41,813 nt of DNA from Rhizaria sp. SCN 62-66 (lineage: Eukaryota), in the NCBI GenBank assembly GCA_001724265.1, contig MEDY01000006.1:124001-165813 (forward strand), in the 5' to 3' direction. The first letter of the stretch is position 1. The number at the start of each line of letters is the position of its first letter. The translations under genes were made by a program, and so were the position numbers. The notes under the pieces are model-generated. The model was not told the DNA's origin, searched no databases, and was given only the letters and a program-made list of their open reading frames with translations. Below are positions 23,801 to 35,841 of the stretch, in pieces.

Positions 23801-26800
23801 CGTCCCCGTGGTTCGCAAGGAGGCGATCCAGGTACGCAACAAGAACAATAACAGCAATATCAATGCTGGCAGGAGCATTCCCGTTACCTCGAACAAGAGC
23901 AATGTGAACGCGAATGTCAACAACCAGAATAAGAACAAGAAGTAATTTATTTGTAGATTCATTATTGAAATGCAATCCAATCCAATGCGGGTTTTGTTTG
24001 AGAAGTTTAACATAAGAACGAGCAATACACACGTTGCAGCGGTGCACGTGTGTGCTTTCGCCTCTTTTAACTAAACTTTACAAGACAAAGCAAAACCAAA
24101 ACATCAAATCTATTTTAATGTACTCTACCAAACTCATCTCTATTCAACTTCGTGTTTGTTAAATCCTCTTCTTTTTTTTACGCCCCCGCAGTCAAGCCGT
24201 CTGCTGCTGCCCGTCGCGGCGCAGGAGCAGGAGGTCATGGAGGCCATCACCGCGCACGACGTGCTGATCCTCTCCGGCGAGACGGGCTCCGGCAAGACAA
24301 CGCAGGTGCCGCAGTTCCTCTACGAGGCGGGCTACGCGCGCGAAGGCCTGCTGATCGCGGTGACGCAGCCGCGCCGTGTCGCCGCGATGGCCTCGGCGAA
24401 GCGCGTCAACGAGGAGCTCAACGCACCGCCCGGGAGCAACCTGGTGGCGTATCAGATCCGGTACGACTCGCAGGTGCAGGCTGACACGCGCGTCAAGATG
24501 ATGACGGAAGGCATCCTGCTCAAGGAGGTCCAGGCCGACTTCCTGCTGCGCAAGTACAGCGTCATCATCGTCGACGAAGCGCACGAGCGCGGGCTCAACA
24601 CTGATGTGCTCCTGGGCCTGCTCTCGCGCATCGCTGCGCTGCGCAACTCGCTCATCGAGAAGCGCGACGCGCTGCTCGCGCGCGGCGTCCCGCTGCTCAA
24701 GGCGCAGGAGCCCGAGCCCGGCGCCAAACTGGCCGGGCTGCCACTGACGGGCCAGTCCGTGTCTGGCGGCAAGCTCAAGGTGATCATCATGTCGGCGACG
24801 CTGCGTGTGACCGACTTCACCGAGAACCCGCGGCTGTTCCCGACGCCACCACCCGTGCTCGAGGTGCCCTCCCGCCAGTACCCCGTGTCAATGCACTTCT
24901 CCCGCGTCACCACGCACGACTACGTCGAGAAGGCGCTGCAGAAGGTTGCACGCGTGCACGCGCGCCTCCCGCCCGGCGCCATCCTAGTTTTCCTCACCGG
25001 TCGCCAGGAGATCGAGGACTTTTGCCGTGAGCTGACGAAGATTTTCCCCCCGCCGACGCAGGAGCAGCTGGAGAAGCTGCAGGCCGCGCGCGACCAGGAG
25101 CAGAAGGCCGCTACCGCCGAAGCCAACGCCATCACCCACAACAAGGACGGTGCCGACGCCAAAGCGAGCGTGAACGCTGACGGCGCGGTTGTGACAGCGA
25201 GCGGCGCGACTGTGGGCCGTGTGGTCAAGGGCCGCGACGGCAAGGTGATCCTCGGCAAGGACGGGCAGCCGCTGATGGTCGGCCACGACGGCAAGGTCAT
25301 CCGCAACAACGCCAGCGCCGCCGCTAGCAGCGACAGCGGCAAGAAGGACGCTGATGCCAAGAGCAAGGGCAAGAGCGGCTCTGGCGGCAACGCGGCTGCG
25401 AAGCGCAAGGGCGTCACCCCGTTCACGGACGCTGAGCTGCGCCGCATTGAAGCGGGCGAGATGACCGACTCTGACGCCGGCTCCGGCTCTGGCTCGGACT
25501 CCGAGTCTGAGTCCGAGTCCGAGTCCGAGTCCAAGGAGGGCGACGCCAAGGACGGCGCCGGTGTTGCCATGACTGACAGCGCGAGCGGTGGCTCCGTGGT
25601 CACCGACGCCGACGCGGCGGCCGTCGCGGAGGCCGAGGCGATGTTCTTCGAGCTCTCCGACGACGAGGACTACGTGGGCGGCGGCGACAGCGACGAGGAT
25701 AAGCTCGACTCTGACTCTAGTGACAGCAACGATGACGATGACGACGACGCTGAGGGCTCGGAGTCCGAGTATGAGGCTGGCCCCGACGGCGAGATGATTA
25801 AGAAAGTTAAGCCGCCCAAGGCGAACAAGAAGGTTCTGCCTGAGAGCGGGATCAAGAAGAAGAAGGGGGAGTCCACGCTCGACGCCGAGACGCGGTCCAA
25901 GTCGTCCATTTCGGGTGATAAGTGGGCTGCTGAGCGCGCGGCCCTCATCGAGCAGAAAGACAAGCCGCCGATGATCGTGCTGCCGCTGTTCGCGCTGCTG
26001 CCGACGGAGCAGCAGATGAAGGTGTTCGCGCCCTCGACGCACAACTGCGGCGCGCGCGTCGTTGTCGTCTCCACCAACGTCGCCGAGACCTCGGTCACGA
26101 TCCCCAACGTGCGCTACGTCATCGACGCCGGCCGCGAGAAGACCAAGCTGTACGACCAGTCGACGGGCTCGTCGCGCTTTGCCGTCGGCTTCATCTCGCA
26201 GGCCGCGGCAAACCAGCGCGCCGGTCGCGCCGGTCGCGTCGGGCCGGGTCACGCGTACCGCCTCTACTCCGGCGCGGTGTTCGGCGAGCACTTCATCAAG
26301 CACACGCAGCCCGAGATCCTGCGCCAGCCGATTGAGGCCACGGTGCTGCAGATGAAGTCCATGGGCATCCGCGACGTCGCCGCCTTCCCGTTCCCGTCGC
26401 CGCCGCCGTCGCTGGCGCTGCGCGAGGCCACGCGCACGCTGCACACGCTCGGCGCGCTCACCGTCGCCGACCCGGATCTTGCGCGCAGGCTCGACGCGCT
26501 CGCCACGGCCAAGATGGCCGCCACGGCCGCGACTAACTTGGCGGCCGCGCAGACCGGCCGCGCCGCGGGCATGCCGGGCTCGCTCGCCGAGGCGCGCGTG
26601 GCGGCGATCGCGTCCAGCGTCGCGGCCCGCAAGGCGCGCGAGGCGGCCGAGAACGGCGGCATCGGCAGCGCCGAGAGTCTGTTCCGCTCCGGCATTGTGG
26701 GCCGCGACGGGCGCCGGCGGCTCGCCAACGGCAAGCTGGCCCCGCGCGCGCGCATCGCTGACTACGGCGACGACCGCGACGACTTTGGCAACGTCGTCGA

Positions 26801-29417
26801 GGAGGCCACTGGCATCACGCCGCACGCGGTCGTCGATCAAGGCCCCGCGTGGGGCTTCGACTACGACGTCGCCGCCACGGCCGCCGCGCTCGCCGTGACG
26901 CCCGCCGGCCGCGCCATGTCGCTGTTCCCGCTCCACCCGCGGTTCGCGAAAATGCTCATGATGGCAGCGAACCAGGGCATCACGGACAAGAGCAACGCCG
27001 CCGCCGCGGCGGCCGCGAGCGTGTCTGCGGGCGGCGCCGCGGGCGTCAAGGGCGAGCAGGCCGCACTTCTGCCGCTGGCCGTGATCGTGGCCGCAGTGCT
27101 GACGGTGAGCGAGATGATCGTGAAGCCGCGCGTGCTGCAGCAGTTCGAGGACCGCGAAGAGGCGGAGAAGCGCCGCATGGCCGGCGTGGCCGCGAAGCAG
27201 GACAACGGCAACGAGCGCAGCGACGAGGAGAACGACGACGATGCCAACGCAGGCAAGGGCAAGGGTGACGACGACGGCGACGACTACGACGACGGCTTCC
27301 CGCCCCTGGGCGAGGAGAATAGCGACGACGAGTACGACCCGCTCGTCCGTGAGCGGCGCGCGCTGGCCGAGGCCCGCCGCATCGCCAAGGAGGAGAAGAA
27401 GAAGGCCAACGCGGCCGCGGAGGAGGCGCGCCGCGTCCGCATGCGCGCGCTGCAGCTCAAATGGGTGACCTCGCGCGCCAAATTCGCCGTGCCGCACTCG
27501 GACACTCTTACGGCGCTGCGCGTCGTCGGCGCCTACGTGCACCTGCGGCAGACGCTCACCGACAAGTACACCCGCGCTCTGCAGCGTGCGCGCGCCGCCG
27601 CGGGGACCGCCGCCAGCGCGGGCAACTACAAGGGCAAGAAGAGCGCATTCGAGCGGCTCCCACTGGCCGTGCAGCGGACGATCAACGCGAAGCTGCTTGA
27701 GTTCTGCAATGACAACTTCGTCCGCCCCAAGGCCATGGGCGAAGTGCTGCTGCTGCGCGACCAGCTCACGCGCATCGTCATGCAGCGCCTGGCGGGCGCG
27801 CGCGCCGTCGCCCCCGCCGCGGCCCCCAAGCCCGCCGCTCCGAAGAACAACAACGGCACCAGCGCCGCGCTGGAGCAGTCGCTGATGTCGACCCCCGCAA
27901 GCGCCGCCAGCAACGTCGATGACGGCGCTGACGGCGAGGCCGGCGCGGCCGAGAACGGCGTGTTCAGCGGCGGCGTCGGCGACATCACGGCCGCGCTTGA
28001 GTCCGGCGATGCCGACGAGGCCTACGACGACCTGTTCGCGGACACCGAGGCCGCCGAGGCGGCTGCCGAGGAGGCCGCCGCCGCCGAGGCCGCGGAGGCG
28101 GAGGCGGAGGCGCGCGCCGCGGCGATCATGGCGGCCCCGGTGCAGGGCAAGGAGCGTGTGTACGAGACGGGCGGGTTCAAGATCAGTTCGATCTCCACCA
28201 ACGCTACAAAGCCCGCAGCCGCCGCCGCCGCCGCCGCCGCAAGCGCCCCCACTGCGCCGGCGAGCGGCGTGACCGCGACCGTGAATGGCAAGGTGGTCGC
28301 GCCCGTGGTGGGCGAGTGGGAGCGCGCGCGCCGCAGTCTGTTGGCCGCGCTGACCAACCCGACGCTCTCGGTGCCGACACCGCACCAGGAGCTCGCGCTG
28401 ACGCAGATCCTCCTCACGGGCTTCGCCGACAAGGTCGCGCGCAAGATGACGCAGGAGTCGAAGCTGCTTACCATCCAGAACAGCCACAAGTACCCGCAGA
28501 TCCCGCGCCGGCGCCTCAAGGCGATCCGCGACGAAGAGCGCGCCAAGGAGGAGGCCAAGAAAGCGCTGCTGGCGAGCATCAAGATTAAGGTCGGCGGCGC
28601 GCGGCCGACGCTGATGGCGCCGCCCACGGGCCCGCAGGACGTGGCTGATATCCCGCTAGACCTGTTCGACCTCGAGGGCGCGTACGAGACGCTCGATGGG
28701 ACCGGTGAGCCTGTGTTCCTGTCGCCCGATTCGGTGCTGGCCGACACACTGCCCGACTTTGTGTGCTTTCACGAGCGCAACACGCACGTTGGCCGCCGCA
28801 ACCGCACCATCATCGCGGGACTGACCGCCGTCAAGGCCGAGTGGTTCTCCACCCTGGTCCCGCCCACGGTCGGCCTGCTCTCGGTGTCGGCGCCGCTGGA
28901 GGAGCCGGCGCCGGTGTGGGACCCGCGGTCGGACCGCGTGGTGTTCTGGGTTGGCGTCACGCTCGGCCCGCGCATGTGGCCGCTGCCCAACGCCAAGCGC
29001 CAGTACGAGGACTCGGTCAAGGTCATCACCGTCCCCGCAGTCACTAACGGCAGTCTCAACAACAAGGCGGGCGGGAACGCGGCGGTGAAGCACCGGAAGA
29101 TCTTGGTCAAGCCGCCGGTCTACTACAAGCAGTTCGCGCGCTTGCTGCTCGAGGGCCACGTCGTGCCGGCGCTGCGCGCGTTCCGCCCCTTCTACGTCGC
29201 CAAGACCGGCTCGCCGCTGGCCGTGCCCACGCCCGCGGCGGCGCTGCGCCTCGTCGAGGAGATTCGCAGCAACAACATCCGCGGCGTCGAGGACCTGCGG
29301 CGCATGTGGGCCAAGCCCGGCGCCAACGGGGTCAAGTTCCTGCTCGAGGAGTTTAGCGCCTTTGTGCACCCGAGTAAGAAGGCCGAGATCGCGGCGATGT
29401 GGCCTCCTCTCAAGTAA
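20826..29417 (+). CDS. DHX37: DEAH-box RNA helicase DHX37/Dhr1 (SSU processome), ~2743 aa with large acidic/Ala-rich insertions
   Basis: Exons 20826-23831 and 24192-29417 (8232 nt, TAA). Motifs GETGSGKTTQVPQFLYEAG, TQPRRVAA, YQIRYD, DFLLRKYS, DEAHER, SATLRV, FLTG, STNVAETS, QRAGRAGR; Dhr1-type N-terminus (SGSLG..TMKEKL) and acidic insertion in RecA2. Confidence 0.9.
23832..24191 (+). other. Spliceosomal intron of DHX37 (360 nt)
   Basis: GTACGC...CCGCAG; join RKEAIQ|SSRLLLPV restores the conserved R..LP pre-helicase segment. Confidence 0.9.
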
Positions 29418-29771
29418 ACGCTAAGAAAAAGATTCTCTGTTATCTTGCGTCTATGATGTTATTTTGTGATATATGAACGATTACTTTATATAGTGGATAT
29501 TATGTTAACGTGATGGTGTTGATAAATAAAACATCTGTATTTGCATCTATACTCGTGCTGTACCACATTTCAGTTAATTGCGATCCGCTGTGCAACTTGA
29601 AATAGAATCGGTCAAGGACGCGCTTCAAGTTGAAACTTGGAAACAAACAATATCCCAAGGATCCCGTCGCCGATCAATACCATTCTAGCTGCACATCACC
29701 AATTTTTACTCATTCAACCTAGTCGCGTTCACATATTTCTGTCATATTTCCGTTTCTTGCTCAGAACACGG

Positions 29772-31002
29772 ATGAGCGATCCCACTCGTCCCACTGCGCC
29801 ATCTCTCAATCAAGCAGCGGGGAGAAACGCCAGCGCAGGCGGCACGGGCGGCGACTTTAAGCCTGTCCGTCCCAGCGGTGGCAGTCCCTCTGCAATCCTG
29901 CGTCCGCAGCCGCTCAAGTTGCAAGGATATCCTATTTCACCCCGTCCAGCCGCAGCCGCCGCTGCAGCGCCAGCGTCTTCTGGGGTGAACCAGAGCACCG
30001 CCGGCACCGCTGGGGACGCTGGCAGTGCGGCAAACAACGGCAGCAGTGCTCCATATGGTGGCTTTGGATCTGGGTTTGCGGGGTGGGACGACGCCGGCCA
30101 GATCCAGAGTCCGTATGCAATCACCTCGCACATGAACTCGCACTCGCAGCAGCAGCAGCAGCAGCAGCAGCAGTCCCAACAGCAGTCCCAACAGCAGCCG
30201 CAGTCGCAGCCACAGCAACCGCAGCACTACTACAACGCTCAGCAGTCGTCGCAGATGCGCTCTCAGGTCAGTGGTGACAGTTATGCCGGTGACCACAGCA
30301 GCAACAACACACTCGACTACCAGCAGCTGCAACAGCAACAGCAAAATATTCAGTATCAGCAACAACAGTTGCTACTGCAGCAGCAGCTATATCAACAACA
30401 GCAACACCAGTATCAGCAACAGCTCCAGCAACAGCAGTCGCAACAGGCAAGTGACCGGGCGTCGGCATACTTCAGCCAAGCCGGCTATGTGCCCTTGACA
30501 TCACCGTACTCGCAATCTCAGTCCCAGTCCGGCACATCGCACGCAAGGCCGCCGATGCATCACGCTCACGGCCACTCCGCAAGCGGACAAAGCCAGGCGT
30601 TCTACGGAATTTATAACAGCAGTGCGTACGGGCACATCAACGCGAGCAGTCCTCACTTCAACAACAGCAACACAAGCCGTTCACAGGCCCACGGCAGCAG
30701 TAGCGCCAACTATCACGGCCACGGCCATAGCCAAGGCCAAACCCACGGTCAGCAGCAGCAGTACAGCAGTGGCAAGGGCAGCGGCAAAAAGCGCGGCGCG
30801 GCCGCGGGCACGCCGACGCAGGCCTCTCTGTTGGCAGCGGCGCTGCACTCGCCGTACGGCCCTTCCGCCAGCGCCGCGCACGGCGCGGCTGGCCCCTATT
30901 CGCACCATGCGGGCGCGGGGGGCGCGGCTGGGGGCGCACTTGCCAGTCCCAGCACAGTCGCTGGCGCTGGCGCCGGCGCCAACGCCGGCCCTGGTGCTGG
31001 TG

Positions 31003-31055
<53 letters not shown>

Positions 31056-31836
31056 TTCGGCACCAGTGCGCTGAGCGCGCCGCCCGGGCTGAAGGACACT
31101 CTGTGGAAGACGGAGCTGTGCGTGAACCACGAGCGCGGGGGCTGCCGCTACGGCGCGCACTGCCGGTTCGCGCATGGTCCCGCCGAGCTCCGCGCAAGGT
31201 ACGCACGCGTAACGTGAAATTCTCGCGATATACGACGATCAATATCACGGTAAACTATGTATCGTATGTATTGTGGTAGTACAGAGATTGTCTTAAAGAT
31301 TATTTTTAAAATGCACGTTCATAACGCATTAAGTCGGTTCTTATGTGGTTTTTTTTGCTCGTTTCTCACTGTGACATTTCGATGCTATGCTTAGGGTGCG
31401 CGAACTGGGGTACAAGTCCCAGCCCTGCCCAGACCCCGTGCGGCCGCGCGGCACGCAGGCTTTGCTGGCGATGTCGGCCACGCCCAACACGCTCCTCTCG
31501 CAGCAGCAACAGCAGGAGAACAGCAGCGGCGGCGGCGGTGGGAATGCGGGCGGCTACTTCTCCTTCAACGTCAACGCGCCAACGTTTAAGTCCGGCGGCA
31601 CTGGCGGCGGGGGCTGGGGCACGCCTGGTGTAAGTACCCCCTTACACGGGAACGGCGGCGGCGGGCACTGCGCGTACGCGGCGCGGTGCGATTACTGCCA
31701 CCCGGGGGAGGCGCTACGGCGCGTGTTGCCAGGATCGAAGCTCGCCGCGCAGGGCACCTACTGCGACGCCGAGTACACGGCGTACATCAAGGAGGAGTTC
31801 CCAAATAACCCCGCCCCCTGGGGGTTCTATGTCTGA
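29772..31836 (+). CDS. TIS11/tristetraprolin-like tandem CCCH zinc-finger RNA-binding protein with a Q/S/G-rich N-terminus, ~622 aa
   Basis: Exons 29772-31198 and 31395-31836 (1869 nt, TGA). Finger 1 WKTELC-x7-C-x5-C-x3-H; 18-residue linker ending YKSQP; finger 2 C-x80-C-x5-C-x3-H. Confidence 0.82.
31005..31055 (+). repeat. Perfect (GGC)17 coding microsatellite (poly-Gly)
   Basis: Read directly; lies just upstream of zinc finger 1. Confidence 0.9.
31199..31394 (+). other. Spliceosomal intron of the CCCH gene (196 nt)
   Basis: GTACGC...GCTTAG; join ELRAR|VRELGYK gives the canonical 18-aa inter-finger linker. Confidence 0.88.
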
Positions 31837-31996
31837 AGAGGGGGGTTAAGTTTGCAATAATATATATAACCTGATATCGCGTGGTGTAGTCTACGGACAT
31901 CAGCTCGAAAGCAATACAGAAATACCTAAGGCTTCGCATCGTCACGCGACCTAACAAGTGACTCATGTTCACTATATGTCACAAGTCATTCACTGT

Positions 31997-32443
31997 TCAC
32001 AGCTGCTCGCTGCTGACAGGTGCAAAGCTGTTCATAGCAGGCGCTATCATCGTTGTCCGCGCCGCAGCTTCCTTCTCCTTCAGTTGCACCGCTGCCTCCC
32101 GCGCTGCAACGGCGCTCTCGCGCTCACGCAGCGCGGCTTGCCTTTGATCCGACGCGGCCTGACTTTTCTCCACCGCTGCGAGACTCTCCTTGCACGCGGC
32201 CTGGTTTTGTGCCAGTGCAGCTTGGTTCTGCGCCAACGCGGCCTGACTTTTCGCGAGCGCGGCTTGACCTTGCGCCAGCGATGCTTCATTGTGTGCTAGC
32301 AAGGCCTCGCGCTGCGCCAACGCTGACAGCTTGAGCTCAACCTCTGCGCTCTTACGCGACAGCTCACGCTCCAACGCTTTCAGTTGCGCCTCTTTTTGGG
32401 CTAACATGACGAGCTGGGTTGTTACAGATGTTGCTGACTCTAG

Positions 32444-32479
<36 letters not shown>

Positions 32480-34735
32480 GGAGGATGATAAAGTTGGTGA
32501 CGGTAACGGCGCCTGTGCTTCAGCCAGCAGTGGTGACGGCTGTGTTGTTGCATGCTGCAAGATCGAGCCAGTCGTGTGCGTCTCATCAACAACAGCGGCA
32601 TTAACCCCGCCATCGTCACTCGCAGCGTGGATATCAGTGTTCACAATTGTGGTAGAAACGCTGTTCGTGGCCGTGATATCATCCCTGCCGCGGTGTGTCG
32701 GCGCCGGACTCAACAGCGACGACACGTGCTTCTGCTTAGGGGGAGCGCCCTCCTTCGCATTCTCCTTTGCATTCTCATTCGAAGCAAGCGTCACGACAGC
32801 GTCTTGTGCGGCTGCGCTCTGCTCCCGCTGCAACAACACCTGCTCTCGCGATGTGAGCGCCCGCTGCTCGTACGACAGCACCGTGCGCTCATCGCCAGCC
32901 GCAAGCGTCTTGCCGCCATCGCTGCTAGGAGATGCAAACCCCTTGTTGTTACCAGCGTCATGACTATACGTCCCCTTCGCCGTCAACAGCGTTGTCGGCT
33001 TCAATGGCGCCGGCGGCGTCAACGGCGTCGGCAATGTCGGCGGCGTGAGGACTTCGGCAACCTGGCTGATCGCCAGCACCTCGGCCACACTCGCGCGCTT
33101 GGTCGCGTCGACGACGAGCATGCGCGCCGCCGCCGCCGCCAGCGCGCGGCTGTAGGCGTCGCCGAGTGGCGCGTAGCGGCCGCGCTGGATCTTGGCGGCG
33201 AGCGCGTACTGCGTGAGCGCGTGGAACGGGGGCGCGCCGGTGCACATCTCGTACACAAGGCAGCCCAGCGCCCAAACGTCGGCCTTGGCACCATAGCTGC
33301 GGCCTAGGCACTGCTCGGGCGACATGTAGTACGGCGTGCCCACGTGCGTGCGCGCGCTGTCGGCGGCGCTCGCCAGCACGCGTGCAAGCCCGAAGTCGGC
33401 GAGCTTGGCCGCGACGGCGCCGTGGTCGCGGGAGATCAGTTCGTGCGTCGCCGCTGCCCTCGCGGCGCTCTTTGCCGCCGAGTCGTCCGTGTGAGCGGCA
33501 CCGTTGCTGCTGATGTTACTGCTGCTGTTCGGCGGCGTCGCGGCGACCGCGAGGAGGATGTTCGATGGCTTGAGATCGCGGTGCAACACCGCTGTACCCG
33601 TGGGTCGCGAGTGGCACGACTGCAGCGCAGCGGCCACGTGCGCCAGGACGCGCCACACGAGCGGCTCAGGGAGGCACGCTGTCGCAGTCGCGGTTGCGGG
33701 CGCGGCGTAGAGCGGGTTCGGCCTGGCGCGGCTGGCAGCGGTCGCGCCGCCATTGGCGTTGGGTCGCGAGTAGTACTTGATGAGAGAGGTCAGATCGCCT
33801 GCGTCGCAGTACTCCATCACGATGAAGATGCGCCGGCGCTCGCGGTCGATGATGCGGTCGTGGTAGCGGACGATGTGGGGGTGGTCCAGCTCGCGGAGGA
33901 TGTTCACCTCTGCAGGAGACGCAAACACGCGTTTAAACAATGAAGACGAGGATCGCCCAAAAACGTATCGTATAAGCACAATAGTCGTGGAATTTAAGAA
34001 TTTAAAAAGACACAAGCTGTAAATTGCGCGATATATGTTATTCAAGTCATTGATGGAGTGCGATTGGCGCGTACCTGCGACGAGCTGTGTCTTTTCGCGT
34101 TCGCTCATCCCGCCGTAGCACAGCTCTTTCCACACGAACACGGCGCCGTCAGCGCGGCGCCGAACCTTGGTGACGCGGCCGAACGTGCCCTCGCCGATGA
34201 CGGCGAGTTCCTCGTACGACGATAGCGAGGATGACGGCGACGACGATGACGGCGACGACGGCGACGGCGACAGCTGCGGCGGCGGCGGCTGGTGATGGTG
34301 TTGTTGCTGCTGAGAAGGCGACTGAAGCATCGAGTGTGGCTGCTGCTAATGCTGCTGGTGTTGTTGATGATAGTAGTTGTGATGGGGCGGAGAGGTTGGC
34401 TCGTAACTTGCTTTAGCGCGAGGTGCGACTGAGCTAACTGTGTTCATGTTGAGTAGCGTGCGGTGCTTCTGTTGCTGCAACTGCTGTTGATGGAGCTCGA
34501 GGGCATGCGCCGCTTCGTATGCGTGGTTATAGCGGTGTTCTTGGCCCTGCTGCTGTCCATAATGTCCCTGTTCCTGGTGGTGATGTTGGTGAAAAAGTTG
34601 CTGCTGCTTCTGTAAAGAAACTGAAGCAGCCGAGTGAGGGCGAGCGCCGCCATACAGCTGCTGTGCCGTGTCTGCTTGCTGCGCCGGGCGAAAAGCTGCG
34701 GAGTGCAGCGGGACAGCGGCTGAATACCTGCTCAT
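31997..34735 (-). CDS. NEK2: NIMA-related kinase (NEK2-like) with C-terminal coiled coil; ~857 aa if the in-frame TAG at 34346-34348 is decoded, otherwise starting at ATG 34330
   Basis: Exons 34735-34075 and 33909-31997 (TGA). Motifs GEGTFG, FVWKELCYGGMSEREKTQLVAEVNILREL (NEK2-typical), IVMEYC, HRDLKPSN, DFGLAR, GTPYYMSPE. Upstream Q/H-rich ORF 34346-34735 is in the same frame, separated by one TAG. Confidence 0.85.
33910..34074 (-). other. Spliceosomal intron of the NEK gene (165 nt, stop-free in frame)
   Basis: GTACGC...CTGCAG, AT-rich; removal restores QLVAEVNILREL. Confidence 0.92.
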
Positions 34736-35841
34736 ATCAGCGCTGGTGAGTTGTGAGTGCTTAGTGTAGCACGCTCACGAGTGAGAAGCTGACCGGATGG
34801 TACAGGAAATAAAACTTCGAATATCGAGACCAAAAAGAGTATGTTGAAAATACAATTGAGGAAATAGTAATGAAAGGCCATTTTAATACAGCGACAATTG
34901 CGTATACTTGACGTGGCGGTGACTGTGTGTCACAACGATTGTCTTTGGTAGCAGCATCTCAACGAACGTCTCACAACGGCTCTCGAGTCGATGTTGCTCC
35001 CGGTCATGCGTAAGATGATATTGGCCATTATAAGCGCGAGGATGATCAACTCATACTAAAAATGGCATAAGCCGACTGCATTCGGAACATATCTCTGTAT
35101 ATTATCTTGGTTCCACGCATACATCTTCTCCGGAGACACTGCCACAGTGAGTGACCCACTCCCCTCCTGACGCAGAGATTTCCGTCAATCTCGCGTTGAT
35201 CGTGCTCGGTGCGAAGTGCGGAACCCATGTTGCTTCGAGAGCTCTGGTTTAGGTACTGCATCATATGCGTGCGGTTGCGGTAGTGCCTGTTGTGGACTCA
35301 CTGCTTGTCCTGCTCCTGTCCTTCGCGGGGTTCATGCCGCAGTGATGACATTCGTACTGCTGTGCATATATTTGATTCTGGGGCCACGGACGATTGTCAA
35401 TCGGCTCTTATTACGAACAACATAGGATATTCAAGATAACCTGTGTAAATGTAATAAAACAAATCAATTTAATGTCAGATAATAGTACGAAGAAATATAT
35501 TTTCTTAAAAAATAATGTTTGCTCGAAAATGTAGCCTTAAAATTATACGTGTACGTATACAAGTCACCAGCAACCTCATAGTTGGGTAAAATATGGGTTT
35601 TATTTCGTTCTTTGAATAAAATATCGAAAAATTGGTTGTGTCGATAACACGTGCTACATATAAAACAGCCCTTTGTCATTCTCTTTCGCTCGCTCACCAG
35701 CATTCACTCGCTACACAACGCAAGCACTTATGACACTGAGGTTAGAGTGGGGCATGTGAGAAGGAGAAAGGGTACGACACCGGGGCTTTGTCGGGTGTGT
35801 GGGGGGTTGGTTTGAATGGTTAATGTGCTGCGGCGCAGTGC

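Noticed and set aside
31630-31668. GTAAGT donor-like site inside the zinc-finger insert
   Set aside because: No usable acceptor AG before the next Cys codon; using it would delete the rest of the finger.
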